From Wolbachia endosymbiont of Cimex lectularius (GTDB taxonomy: Bacteria; Pseudomonadota; Alphaproteobacteria; Rickettsiales; Anaplasmataceae): 32,000 nt of DNA. Made by a program: the position numbers and the translations under genes. A model generated the notes under the pieces. It did no database searches. It was given only the letters and a program-made list of their open reading frames with translations, and had not been told where the DNA came from. Positions 1 through 8,573 of the stretch are shown here, one piece after another (position 1 is the first letter of the stretch; each line of letters begins with the position of its first letter). The DNA lies in assembly GCF_000829315.1 (NCBI RefSeq), contig NZ_AP013028.1, positions 300,001 to 332,000 on the forward strand, written 5' to 3'.

Positions 1-737
1 GAGCGTTCAACAACCCATCTTTTTGGCAATACGACGAAAGTGTGTAACTCACTTCGCTTTATTACTTCAACAGTCGCACCAATGATAGCTTTTATTTGTG
101 TTGCAAAATTTTCTCCTGTGTAGCCAGCATCAACCAGTATGTTTTTAACTTCAGAGAGGTTTGCTTTAGCATTTTCGACCATTTTCACAGCACTGCTACG
201 GTCAGTTGCTTCTGCCGTTGTTACATAAATTGCATGTGGCAAACCTTGTGTATCAACTGCAATATGGCGCTTTATCCCTGAAATCTTTTTACCTGCATCA
301 TAGCCTTTTTTTTCAGCAGTATCTGCGTTTTTAACGCTTTGAGAATCAATTATACAAAAGCTAGTTTTCTCTTTCCGACCATTGCTGATACGGACCTCTC
401 CAACTAATTTTTTTTAAGACTAATTCCAACAAGCTTGGCTCTTCTCCACTCTTTTTACTCCACACTCGAAAATAGTAATATACGCTTTCCCATCTTGGAA
501 AACCCTTTGGTAACATCCTCCACTGACAACCACTTTTTAAGACGTACAACACCCCACAAAATACGTCATACAAATCAAGTTTTCTTGGTTTTGTTTTCTG
601 CTTGCTACTCTCCAAAATTGGCCTGATTTTTTCAAACTGCTCTTGACTTATATTACTTGGATAACTTTTCTGCATAGACACCTCATTATTAATCTATGCT
701 TACTTTACCTCACATTTCCAAGATTTTAAACAGGTTC
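1..737 (-). mobile_element. IS5-family (IS427/IS1031-like) insertion sequence, copy 1, truncated by window start
   Basis: Near-identical in inverse orientation to 6881..7741. Terminal inverted repeat ...aaacaggttc ends at 737, followed by taa. ORFA (361..681, minus) has the IS5-family N-terminal domain; the ORFB part (IDSQSVKNADTAEKKGYDAGKKISGIKRH) runs off the window edge. Confidence 0.93.
361..681 (-). CDS. IS5-family transposase, ORFA part
   Basis: MQKSYPSNISQEQFEKIRPILESSKQKTKPRKLDLYDVFCGVLYVLKSGCQWRMLP is characteristic of IS5-family transposase N-termini. The ORF is intact here. Confidence 0.9.
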   Translation of the reverse strand: MSMQKSYPSNISQEQFEKIRPILESSKQKTKPRKLDLYDVFCGVLYVLKSGCQWRMLPKGFPRWESVYYYFRVWSKKSGEEPSLLELVLKKISWRGPYQQWSEREN

Positions 738-895
738 TAAGAAGCTTTTCGCACTATTATCTTTATCCCAGCACCCTTTCTTCTTGTCATCCAAATAGCC
801 GACACTAGTTCCTTCGGACATTGTCATGCAAGTGCCCAGACACACAACTGTACGAACATTGCAATTAGCAGGTAATTTGCGTAACAGACGGTGTC

Positions 896-919
896 ATCCC
901 AGTGCTCCGACACTGGGAT
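896..919. repeat. Hairpin of dispersed intergenic repeat (copy 1)
   Basis: atcccagtg-ctccga-cactgggat, perfect 9-bp stem. Flank cctttccataatcatcaaaacgtcg...aataaaattcctggatgcca recurs around 19010..19150 and, inverted and diverged, at 27419..27545. Confidence 0.85.
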
Positions 920-1117
920 CCAGCCTTTCCATAATCATCAAAACGTCGTATTTTAACATAAAACAGCTACTTTTATACTCACCAACTTAATAAAATTCCT
1001 GGATGCCAGTGTCAGCTACTTGCATGACACCCTCCTAGTAGCACAATGTTCGTACAGTTGTGCGTCACACGCTGGAATGACACCCTTCACAGGCTTTTGA
1101 ATTGCTTTAGCTATAAA

Positions 1118-1408
1118 TATTAAGAAATTTACCAAGCGAGAAAAAAAGCAAAAGAAACCCCGCTAGCTAGTTATTCACTATCTATCTTTTAAATTGGCGT
1201 TTTTTATTGTCTTAAACGCTTTAACAAGCGCATTTTAGCTTATATTAGGTAAAAACCTTGAAAGTTTATAAAGACATGAGGTGCACATAGTGCAAAAAAT
1301 TAAACATAAGACGCCAAGTACATTGAGTTTTTTGTCGTTTTATCTGCACAGACTGAAGATAAATAATAGCTTCAGTCTCATTATAAAGGGGTTGGAGGAA
1401 CTTATCAA
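1118..1408 (-). repeat. Dispersed intergenic transcription-unit-like module 1
   Basis: Minus strand: TTGATA (1408-1403), 17 bp, TATAAT (1385-1380), then ggcgtcttatgtttaattttttgcactatgtgcacctcatgtctttat, then acgccaatttaaaag...gcggggtttcttttgctttttttctcgcttggtaaatttctta. Homologous to the modules at 6573, 7757, 20850, 25070 and 26986. Confidence 0.7.
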
Positions 1409-1537
1409 GTAGTTTTTTTGTTTCTATTAGATGACATACGCTGCTAAAAGTTTGTTATATGGTTATGCAAAAGGTCTATTTACTCTGAGTATATTACATG
1501 TATACTTATTACTAAATTAAATTTGAAATGATAAGAA

Positions 1538-3367
1538 ATGAATGAATTTAAATCAATCCGTAATATTGCGATAATTGCACATGTTGACCACGGAAAAACT
1601 ACTTTACTCGATAACATGTTAAAACAAAGTGGCACGTTTCGTGAGAATCAAGAAGTTCAAGAACGAGTGATGGATAGTGGCGATCAAGAGCGTGAACGCG
1701 GAATTACAATACTTGCAAAATGTACGTCAATAATATGGGGCGATGAAAAAATCAACATTATTGATACACCGGGGCATGCGGACTTTGGTGGAGAAGTAGA
1801 AAGGGTGCTATGCATGGCAGATGGTGTGTTGCTGCTGGTTGACGCTGCAGAAGGTCCCATGCCACAGACTAAGTTTGTGCTGTCAAAAGCACTAAAAGCA
1901 GATTTGAAGCCGATTGTGATAATCAATAAGGTTGATCGGCCAGACAGCAGAATTGATGAAGTGTTGAACGAAATATATGAATTGTTTTTTAACCTTGATG
2001 CAACTAACGAGCAGCTTGATTTTCCAGTATTGTACGCTTCTGGTAGAAATGGCTGGTGTGTTAAAGAACTCTCTGACGAAAGAAAAGATTTAAGCCCATT
2101 ATTTTCAACGGTTATAGATTATATAAAACCATCTATTTACGACCAAAGTGCACCTTTTGCTATGCTGGTTACTTTACTTGAGTCTGATAAGTTTCTTGGC
2201 AGGATATTGACAGGGAAAGTTTACCAAGGAATCGCAAAAGTCAATTCAGACCTTAAGGTACTTAATCTTGATGGTAAAGTGGTTGAGCGTGGAAGACTGA
2301 CTAAGTTGCTCTCATTTTCTGGCTTAAAACGCATTCCAGTAGAGCAAGCTGTAGCGGGAGACATAATAGCAATTGCAGGGCTTGAGAAAGCTTCAGTTTC
2401 AGATACTATAGCGACGCCAGAGGTTACGACTGCAGTAAGCTCGACTCCGGTCGATCCGCCAACAATGGCAATTACTATAAGCGTTAATGATTCACCTTTT
2501 GCTGGGCAAGAGGGAACAAAGCTTACTTCCACTGTTATAAAGGACCGTTTATATGCAGAAGCAGAAACGAACGTTGCGATTACTGTGACTCCGACACCAA
2601 GTGGCGAGGCATTTGAAGTGAGTGGACGTGGTGAGCTACAGCTTGGAGTTTTAATTGAAAATATGAGAAGAGAAGGTTTTGAGCTTTCTGTTTCGCGTCC
2701 TCGTGTATTATTTAAAGAAGAAAACGGTAAAAAACTTGAACCTGTAGAAGAGGTGGTAATCGATGTAGATGACGAATACAGTGGAATCATCATGGAGAAA
2801 CTCAGCTTCCGAAAAGGTGAAGTGACCGATATGAGGCCTTCTAGTAATGGAAGAACAAGGTTAACATTTTTAGTGCCATCAAGGGGGTTAATCGGTTACC
2901 AAGGGGAGTTTTTAACTGATTCTCGCGGTACTGGTATCATCAACCGTTTATTTCACAGTTATGCTCCTCATAAAGGTCCAATTTCTGGAAGACGCAATAG
3001 AGTATTAATTTCCACTGATAAAGGTGAAGCTGTGGCGTATGCAATTTTTAATTTGCAAGACCGGGGAATTATGTTTATCAAGCCACAAGACAAAGTATAT
3101 TGTGGTATGATTGTTGGTCAGCACAACCGCAACAATGATTTGGAGATAAATGTACTCAAAGGTAAGCAGTTAACAAATGTAAGAGCTGCAGGTAGTGATG
3201 AAGCTATAAAACTTACTCCGCCAAAAATAATGACTTTGGAAGAGATGATAGCATATATAGATGATGATGAATTAGTTGAAGTAACTCCAAAGTCTATACG
3301 TTTACGCAAGAAATTTCTTGATCGAAATGAGCGTAAACGTGCAGGAAGGGCGAAGAATAAGGAGTAA
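1538..3367 (+). CDS. typA: Translational GTPase TypA/BipA
   Basis: 609 aa; NIAIIAHVDHGKTTLLD, DRERGITILAK, DTPGHADFGGEVERVL and NKVDRPD motifs with a TypA C-terminal region. Confidence 0.98.
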   Translation: MNEFKSIRNIAIIAHVDHGKTTLLDNMLKQSGTFRENQEVQERVMDSGDQERERGITILAKCTSIIWGDEKINIIDTPGHADFGGEVERVLCMADGVLLLVDAAEGPMPQTKFVLSKALKADLKPIVIINKVDRPDSRIDEVLNEIYELFFNLDATNEQLDFPVLYASGRNGWCVKELSDERKDLSPLFSTVIDYIKPSIYDQSAPFAMLVTLLESDKFLGRILTGKVYQGIAKVNSDLKVLNLDGKVVERGRLTKLLSFSGLKRIPVEQAVAGDIIAIAGLEKASVSDTIATPEVTTAVSSTPVDPPTMAITISVNDSPFAGQEGTKLTSTVIKDRLYAEAETNVAITVTPTPSGEAFEVSGRGELQLGVLIENMRREGFELSVSRPRVLFKEENGKKLEPVEEVVIDVDDEYSGIIMEKLSFRKGEVTDMRPSSNGRTRLTFLVPSRGLIGYQGEFLTDSRGTGIINRLFHSYAPHKGPISGRRNRVLISTDKGEAVAYAIFNLQDRGIMFIKPQDKVYCGMIVGQHNRNNDLEINVLKGKQLTNVRAAGSDEAIKLTPPKIMTLEEMIAYIDDDELVEVTPKSIRLRKKFLDRNERKRAGRAKNKE

Positions 3368-3430
3368 TCAGAAGTTGAATATCTGCAAAAAATAGTGTAT
3401 AATTATCAATGATTTTTAAGTAAATCTCTT

Positions 3431-4327
3431 ATGGTTTTGTCAAAGTTTCTAGATCCAAAAAACAACTATGCCTTTAGGCGTATCTTTGGTACTGAGAAAA
3501 ATAAAGATATTCTCATTCATTTTCTAAATGATATTTTAGGTCGCATCGGTGAAGCTAAAATAAAGGATGTAACCTTTCTTAGTCCCATTCAAAACCCTGA
3601 TATTGTTGCCAAAAAGGAAAGTATTGTCGACGTATTATGTAGAGACTCTACAGGTGTTCAAACAATTGTTGAGATGCAGGTCGCTAGGACCAGTGGCTTT
3701 GAAAAACGCGCCCAATACTATGCTGCTAAAGCCTATTCAAACCAAGCTGACGTAGGTGCCCGATATCAAGACCTTAAAGGAGTTATCTTTATTGCCATCA
3801 CTGATTTTGTTCTATTTCCTAATAAACCAGAGTACAAATCTGATCACGTTACTCTTGATCAGAAAACCTTCGAACATGACCTGGAGGATTTTAGTTTTAC
3901 TTTCATAGAACTACCAAAATTCCCAAAAACAAAAGAGGATCAACTAGAAAGCATAGTTGAAAAATGGTGTTATTTTTTCAGATATGCAAATGAGACTAGT
4001 GACGAGGATTTGAGAAAAATAGTAGGAAATGATGAGATTATCGGCAGGGCTTATGACGAGTTGAACCAATACAACTGGAGTGAAGAAGAGCGTTTTACGT
4101 ATAATCAAGATAAGAAACGTGAAGATGACAATTTATCCTGCCTTAACCAAAAATTTGATGAAGGTATGGAGAAAGGTATGGAGAAAGGTATGGAGAAAGG
4201 TATGGAGAAAGGAAAAATTGAAGTTGCAAGAAACCTACTTAAGGCTAGCATCTCTATTGATATTATCTCTCAAACAACTGGCCTTCCCAAAGCTGAAATT
4301 AAACAACTTCAGGAAGAAATCACCTAA
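3431..4327 (+). CDS. Rpn/PD-(D/E)XK nuclease family transposase-like protein
   Basis: FLDPKNNYAFRRIFGTEKNKDILIHFLNDIL... EMQVARTSGFEKRAQYYAAKAYSNQ... is typical of the family; C-terminal GMEKG repeats. Confidence 0.92.
   Translation: MVLSKFLDPKNNYAFRRIFGTEKNKDILIHFLNDILGRIGEAKIKDVTFLSPIQNPDIVAKKESIVDVLCRDSTGVQTIVEMQVARTSGFEKRAQYYAAKAYSNQADVGARYQDLKGVIFIAITDFVLFPNKPEYKSDHVTLDQKTFEHDLEDFSFTFIELPKFPKTKEDQLESIVEKWCYFFRYANETSDEDLRKIVGNDEIIGRAYDELNQYNWSEEERFTYNQDKKREDDNLSCLNQKFDEGMEKGMEKGMEKGMEKGKIEVARNLLKASISIDIISQTTGLPKAEIKQLQEEIT
4163..4210 (+). repeat. 12-bp coding tandem repeat (ggtatggagaaa)x4
   Basis: Four exact consecutive copies encoding GMEKGMEKGMEKGMEK within the Rpn-family ORF. Confidence 0.95.
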
Positions 4328-4334
4328 AGGCCTA

Positions 4335-5351
4335 ATGATCGACAAAGAAGTTGTAAGAGAGAGCTTAAAAAAAGTCATAGAGCAAAAAAGTGGTAAAAAT
4401 GTAATCGCTCTTGGCATAATATCCTCAATTGTTATTAAGGGCAGAGATGTTGGTTTTGCACTTGAGATTTCTGGTAACACACAAGCAAATGAAGAATTAA
4501 GAAGAAATTGTGAAAAGGCTGTTAAAGCTATACCAGAAGTAGGGAAAGTGACAGTGGTTGCTACTGGTCAGAAGCAAGCTGAACAACAAAGAGCTAAACT
4601 ACATATCAAGGGAGTGAAGAATATAATTGTTGTTGCCTCTGGTAAAGGAGGTGTGGGTAAATCTACGGTTGCACTAAATCTCGCCCTTTCACTGGCAAAA
4701 TTAAAGCGCAAAGTTGCACTAGTTGATGCAGATATATATGGTCCTTCGATTCCCAAAATGCTTGGTGCTGAGGAATTAAAGCCAAAGATACATGATGGCA
4801 AAGCAATGCCTATAGAGAAGCATGAGTTGCATACTATTTCAATCGGCTATTTTATCGATAAAGATCGTGCAGCAATATGGCGTGGACCTATGATCACGAA
4901 AGCACTTTACAATTTGCTAATGGGAACGAGATGGTCCGATATAGAGTACTTGATAGTTGATACGCCACCTGGAACCGGTGATGTACATTTAAGTCTGATG
5001 GAGAATTTTAACTTAACCGGGGCGATAATAGTCTCAACTCCACAGGAGCTTGCTTTAATCGAAGCTTATAAAATTTACGATATGTTTACAAAGCTTGGAG
5101 TGCCGATTATTGGCATCGTGGAAAATATGAGCTATTTTACTCAAGACAACTCAAAAATATATATATTTGGAAAAGATGGCGCAAAAAAAATGTCTGAAGA
5201 GTTAGGAATCAAACTTCTGGGCAGAGTTCCTTTAGATCCACAAATATGCCATGCTTCTGATTGTGGAAATCCTTTAATGCTAAATGAAGGTTTAGCAGGG
5301 ATTTATGAAGACATTGCTAAGGATGTTGAGTCTTTTTTAAATAGTCTGTAA
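4335..5351 (+). CDS. apbC: Mrp/NBP35/ApbC family P-loop ATPase (Fe-S cluster carrier)
   Basis: MIDKEVVRESLKKVIEQKSGKNV..., IIVVASGKGGVGKSTVALNLAL, DADIYGPSIPKMLG and DTPPGTGDVHL motifs. ATG at 4335 chosen because the longer ORF from 4080 only overlaps the upstream gene. Confidence 0.95.
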   Translation: MIDKEVVRESLKKVIEQKSGKNVIALGIISSIVIKGRDVGFALEISGNTQANEELRRNCEKAVKAIPEVGKVTVVATGQKQAEQQRAKLHIKGVKNIIVVASGKGGVGKSTVALNLALSLAKLKRKVALVDADIYGPSIPKMLGAEELKPKIHDGKAMPIEKHELHTISIGYFIDKDRAAIWRGPMITKALYNLLMGTRWSDIEYLIVDTPPGTGDVHLSLMENFNLTGAIIVSTPQELALIEAYKIYDMFTKLGVPIIGIVENMSYFTQDNSKIYIFGKDGAKKMSEELGIKLLGRVPLDPQICHASDCGNPLMLNEGLAGIYEDIAKDVESFLNSL

Positions 5352-5401
5352 AGACTATTTAAACTATTTTTAAAACAGATAAAATGTAATTTCAGGGTTA
5401 G

Positions 5402-6556
5402 ATGAATTATGATGTAATCATTTCAGGTGGCGGGTTGCTTGGTCTTATTACTGCTATTGGCCTAAGTAATGACTCTGTGTCTGTAGCTGTGATTGAGAAA
5501 AATAGCTTACCGCGCGTAATTGATGATAATCGAGCATTTGCTATTTCTCAGGGGTCAAAAAAAATACTGGAAAAATTAGGGATTTGGCAGTTCATAGAGA
5601 GCGAAGCTGAACCAATACTTGATATATGCATACTAGATGGAAATAGTCCGGTTACTGTGCATTATGATCATAAAATGGTCGGTGAAGAGCCAATGGGCTA
5701 TGTTATCAATAACGCTACCATATGGAGTGCAATCAATAATAATTTTTTGAATAAACTGAATATATACTCTCCGCATTCTTGTAAAACAATAGCTTGTGAT
5801 GCAGGATTTGTAGAAGTTACTCTTGACGATAATCGGCAATTAATATCATCGCTACTTATCTGCGCTGAAGGTAAAAACTCCAAACTATCGGAGTTATTTT
5901 CTATACCAGTAATAAAATTTGATTATAAGCAAAGTAGTATAGTATTTAATGTAGAACATGAACTGCACCACCGAAACTTAGCTGTGGAGCGGTTTTTTCC
6001 CGGTGGTCCATTTGCGATTCTGCCGATGAAGGGTGGTCATACTTCTTCGATAGTTTGGACAGAAAAATCTGAAATTTCAAAAATGCTGATGAGCCTATCT
6101 GAAGAGGAGTTTATCGCAGAACTCAAAAAAAGATTTGGCTCTTACTTGGGAAAAATAAAATTAGAGGGTGAAAGAAAATCTTATCCTTTAAGCTTTGCTT
6201 TTGCAAAAAAGCTGTATAAAGGCAGAGTTTTGCTTATTGGCGATGCGGCCCATTCGATTCATCCAGTTGCAGGACAGGGCCTTAATCTTGGAATTAGAGA
6301 CGTAGAAAGTGTTATAAGACACATAACTGCTGCAAAAGCGTCTGGTATTGACGTTAGCAGTAGTTATCTGCTGAAGAGAATTTCACACGATAGGTGCTTT
6401 GATAATTTTACCATGGCGCTTACAACTGATGGATTAAATAGGATATTTTCCAACAGAATATTCTGCGCTAAGGTACTGAGAAATCTTGGTTTAATGGTAG
6501 TTGAAAATTCAAGTTTCCTCAAAAAACACTTCATACGTCACGCTATGGGGTTATAG
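5402..6556 (+). CDS. FAD-dependent ubiquinone biosynthesis hydroxylase (UbiH/UbiF/COQ6 family)
   Basis: DVIISGGGLLGLITAIGL (Rossmann/FAD) and LLIGDAAHSIHPVAGQGLNLGIRDV motif. Confidence 0.92.
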   Translation: MNYDVIISGGGLLGLITAIGLSNDSVSVAVIEKNSLPRVIDDNRAFAISQGSKKILEKLGIWQFIESEAEPILDICILDGNSPVTVHYDHKMVGEEPMGYVINNATIWSAINNNFLNKLNIYSPHSCKTIACDAGFVEVTLDDNRQLISSLLICAEGKNSKLSELFSIPVIKFDYKQSSIVFNVEHELHHRNLAVERFFPGGPFAILPMKGGHTSSIVWTEKSEISKMLMSLSEEEFIAELKKRFGSYLGKIKLEGERKSYPLSFAFAKKLYKGRVLLIGDAAHSIHPVAGQGLNLGIRDVESVIRHITAAKASGIDVSSSYLLKRISHDRCFDNFTMALTTDGLNRIFSNRIFCAKVLRNLGLMVVENSSFLKKHFIRHAMGL

Positions 6557-6572
6557 AAACAAAAAAAACTAC

Positions 6573-6870
6573 TTGACAACCTTCACCAGTCCCCTTACAA
6601 TAGAATTGTGAGTGTTTTAAGCCTAAAATTTATCTTTAATCTTTGTATTAAATAACAAAAGCACAGTATAAAACAAGGCGTGTTATGTTTTATTTTTGCA
6701 GCATGGACACTGCATGTCTTTATAATTTTTTGTCTACATTAGCTGAGCCTCGCTTACTAAGCGGTGTAAAAGAGAACCGGACGCCAAGTTTTTGAGAGAA
6801 CAATAAACAACTCACGTTGCAGGGTTTCTTTTGTCTTTTTTTAAAATTAGTTAGAAATTTAATCAACCTT
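6573..6870 (+). repeat. Dispersed intergenic transcription-unit-like module 2
   Basis: TTGACA (6573-6578), 17 bp, TACAAT (6596-6601); ggcgtgttatgttttatttttgcagcatggacactgcatgtcttat; 3' block gacgccaag...gcagggtttcttttgtctttttt...ttagaaattt. Confidence 0.65.
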
Positions 6871-6880
6871 GTTTTTTTTA

Positions 6881-7741
6881 GAACCTGTTTAAAATCTTGG
6901 AAATGTGAGGTAAAGTAAGCATAGATTAATAATGAGGTGTCTATGCAGAAAAGTTATCCAAGTAATATAAGTCAAGAGCAGTTTGAAAAAATCAGGCCAA
7001 TTTTGGAGAGTAGCAAGCAGAAAACAAAACCAAGAAAACTTGATTTGTATGACGTATTTTGTGGGGTGTTGTACGTCTTAAAAAGTGGTTGTCAGTGGAG
7101 GATGTTACCAAAGGGTTTTCCAAGATGGGAAAGCGTATATTACTATTTTTGAGTGTGGAGTAAAAAGAGTGGAGAAGAGCCAAGCTTGTTGGAATTAGTC
7201 TTAAAAAAAATTAGTTGGAGAGGTCCGTATCAGCAATGGTCGGAAAAAGAAAACTAGCTTTTGTATAATTGATTCTCAAAGCGTTAAAAACGCAGATACT
7301 GCTGAAAAAAAAAGGCTATGATGCAGGTAAAAAGATTTCAGGGATAAAGCGCCATATTGCAGTTGATACACAAGGTTTGCCACATGCAATTTATGTAACA
7401 ACGGCAGAAGCAACTGACCGTAGCAGTGCTGTGAAAATGGTCGAAAATGCTAAAGCAAACCTCTCTGAAGTTAAAAACATACTGGTTGATGCTGGCTACA
7501 CAGGAGAAAATTTTGCAACACAAATAAAAGCTATCATTGGTGCGACTGTTGAAGTAATAAAGCGAAGTGAGTTACACACTTTCGTCGTATTGCCAAAAAG
7601 ATGGGTTGTTGAACGCTCTTTTGCCTGGTTAGAAAAGTGCAGGCGATTGTGGAAAAATTGCGAGCGGAAGCTCAACACTAGCTTACAGATGATAGTCCTC
7701 TCCTTCATTTCTCTCCTGTTACGAAGATTTTAAACAGGTTC
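6881..7741 (+). mobile_element. IS5-family insertion sequence, copy 2 (complete element, damaged transposase)
   Basis: Terminal inverted repeats gaacctgtttaaaatctt / aagattttaaacaggttc; candidate 3-bp target duplication tta at 6878-6880 and 7742-7744; same sequence family as copy 1. Confidence 0.95.
6937..7733 (+). pseudogene. IS5-family transposase, disrupted copy
   Basis: ORFA stops after YYYF because CGA (copy 1) is TGA here. The A-run before GGCTATGATGCAGG is 9 A (7305-7313) versus 8 in copy 1, so IDSQSVKN and GYDAGKK lie in different frames. Confidence 0.85.
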
Positions 7742-7756
7742 TTACAAAAAAATTGC

Positions 7757-7925
7757 TTGACAAGTTTTGGCATCTCCCTTATAATGATATTATAGGTATT
7801 TACAACCCCAAGGTCAGCTAGTTGTCAAGCGTATAGAGCATTAACGCCAAGTTATTAAAATAGATATTGGCCAGGGTTTCTTTTGCCTTTTTTTCACTTA
7901 GTAAATTTTTCAATATTTATGACTA
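7757..7925 (+). repeat. Dispersed intergenic transcription-unit-like module 3 (short form)
   Basis: TTGACA (7757-7762), 17 bp, TATAAT (7780-7785); 3' block aacgccaag...ccagggtttcttttgcctttttttcacttagtaaatttt. Confidence 0.65.
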
Positions 7926-7982
7926 AAGTAATTCAAGAGCACGCAGCTTTACAGAAACGCCAAGCCTTTTTATGCAAGAAGG

Positions 7983-8489
7983 CTAAGCAACAGGCTTAAA
8001 GCCTCTATTTCTTCTTAGCAAAACATAAAAAGCCCCTTTGCCACCATGTTTTTTTGTAGCTTGCTGGTGATACAAAATCATGTGCTGAATTTTAGTATCA
8101 TTTAACCACTTACTTAAGTTATTCTTTATAGTATCCGTTTTACCTGTTGCACTACCGTGCCCCGTAATTATCAATAAGCATCTATTCCCTGCCAGATAAT
8201 TTTTAATAATAAAATCTATCAATTTACAGTAAGCATCCTCTATATTATAGCCGTGCAAATCAAGTTTATCGCTTATAGAATATTTGCCCCTATCAACCTT
8301 TGATTTTGTGTTGTAGTCAAGACAAAATGATAAGCTAACATCGTTGGCATCAAGAGAATTTTCTCGTAAGTTAAAAGTACCTTTATCAACCACGGATTTT
8401 ATATTTACTTTATGATCAACTTTTAAAGTAACTTTTTCAGATTTTATTGGCTTAACATTTTTTTGCCAGTCTAACTCATCATCTGACAT
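7983..8489 (-). CDS. Smr domain-containing protein
   Basis: KLDLHGYNIEDAYCKLIDFI...CLLIITGHG...GKGAFYVLLRR is typical of Smr/MutS2 C-terminal domains (LDLHG and TGxG motifs). Confidence 0.88.
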   Translation of the reverse strand: MSDDELDWQKNVKPIKSEKVTLKVDHKVNIKSVVDKGTFNLRENSLDANDVSLSFCLDYNTKSKVDRGKYSISDKLDLHGYNIEDAYCKLIDFIIKNYLAGNRCLLIITGHGSATGKTDTIKNNLSKWLNDTKIQHMILYHQQATKKHGGKGAFYVLLRRNRGFKPVA

Positions 8490-8573
8490 AAACGCATTAA
8501 TTGAATTGTATAATTTTACAACAATATCTAAATATAGTAAAATGTCGTTTATTTTACGATCTTCAATAATACG

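Noticed and set aside
96-281. Plus-strand ORF 96..281 and its twin at 7338..7523 (minus)
   Set aside because: Antisense to the IS transposase ORFB; duplicated only because the IS is duplicated.
1684-3309. Antisense ORFs across typA (1684..1926, 2221..2793, 3118..3309 on the minus strand)
   Set aside because: They lie fully within a well-conserved coding gene and resemble no protein; expected shadow ORFs.
4163-4210. Short tandem repeat considered as a CRISPR-like array
   Set aside because: 12-bp units with no spacers, inside an ORF. No CRISPR array or cas gene was recognised anywhere in the window.
4080-4334. N-terminal extension of the ApbC/Mrp ORF from 4080
   Set aside because: This region is coding in another frame (Rpn-family gene, including the GMEK repeat). 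The KVWRKVWRKVWRK repeat is a frame-shifted reading of it. ATG at 4335 gives the canonical protein.
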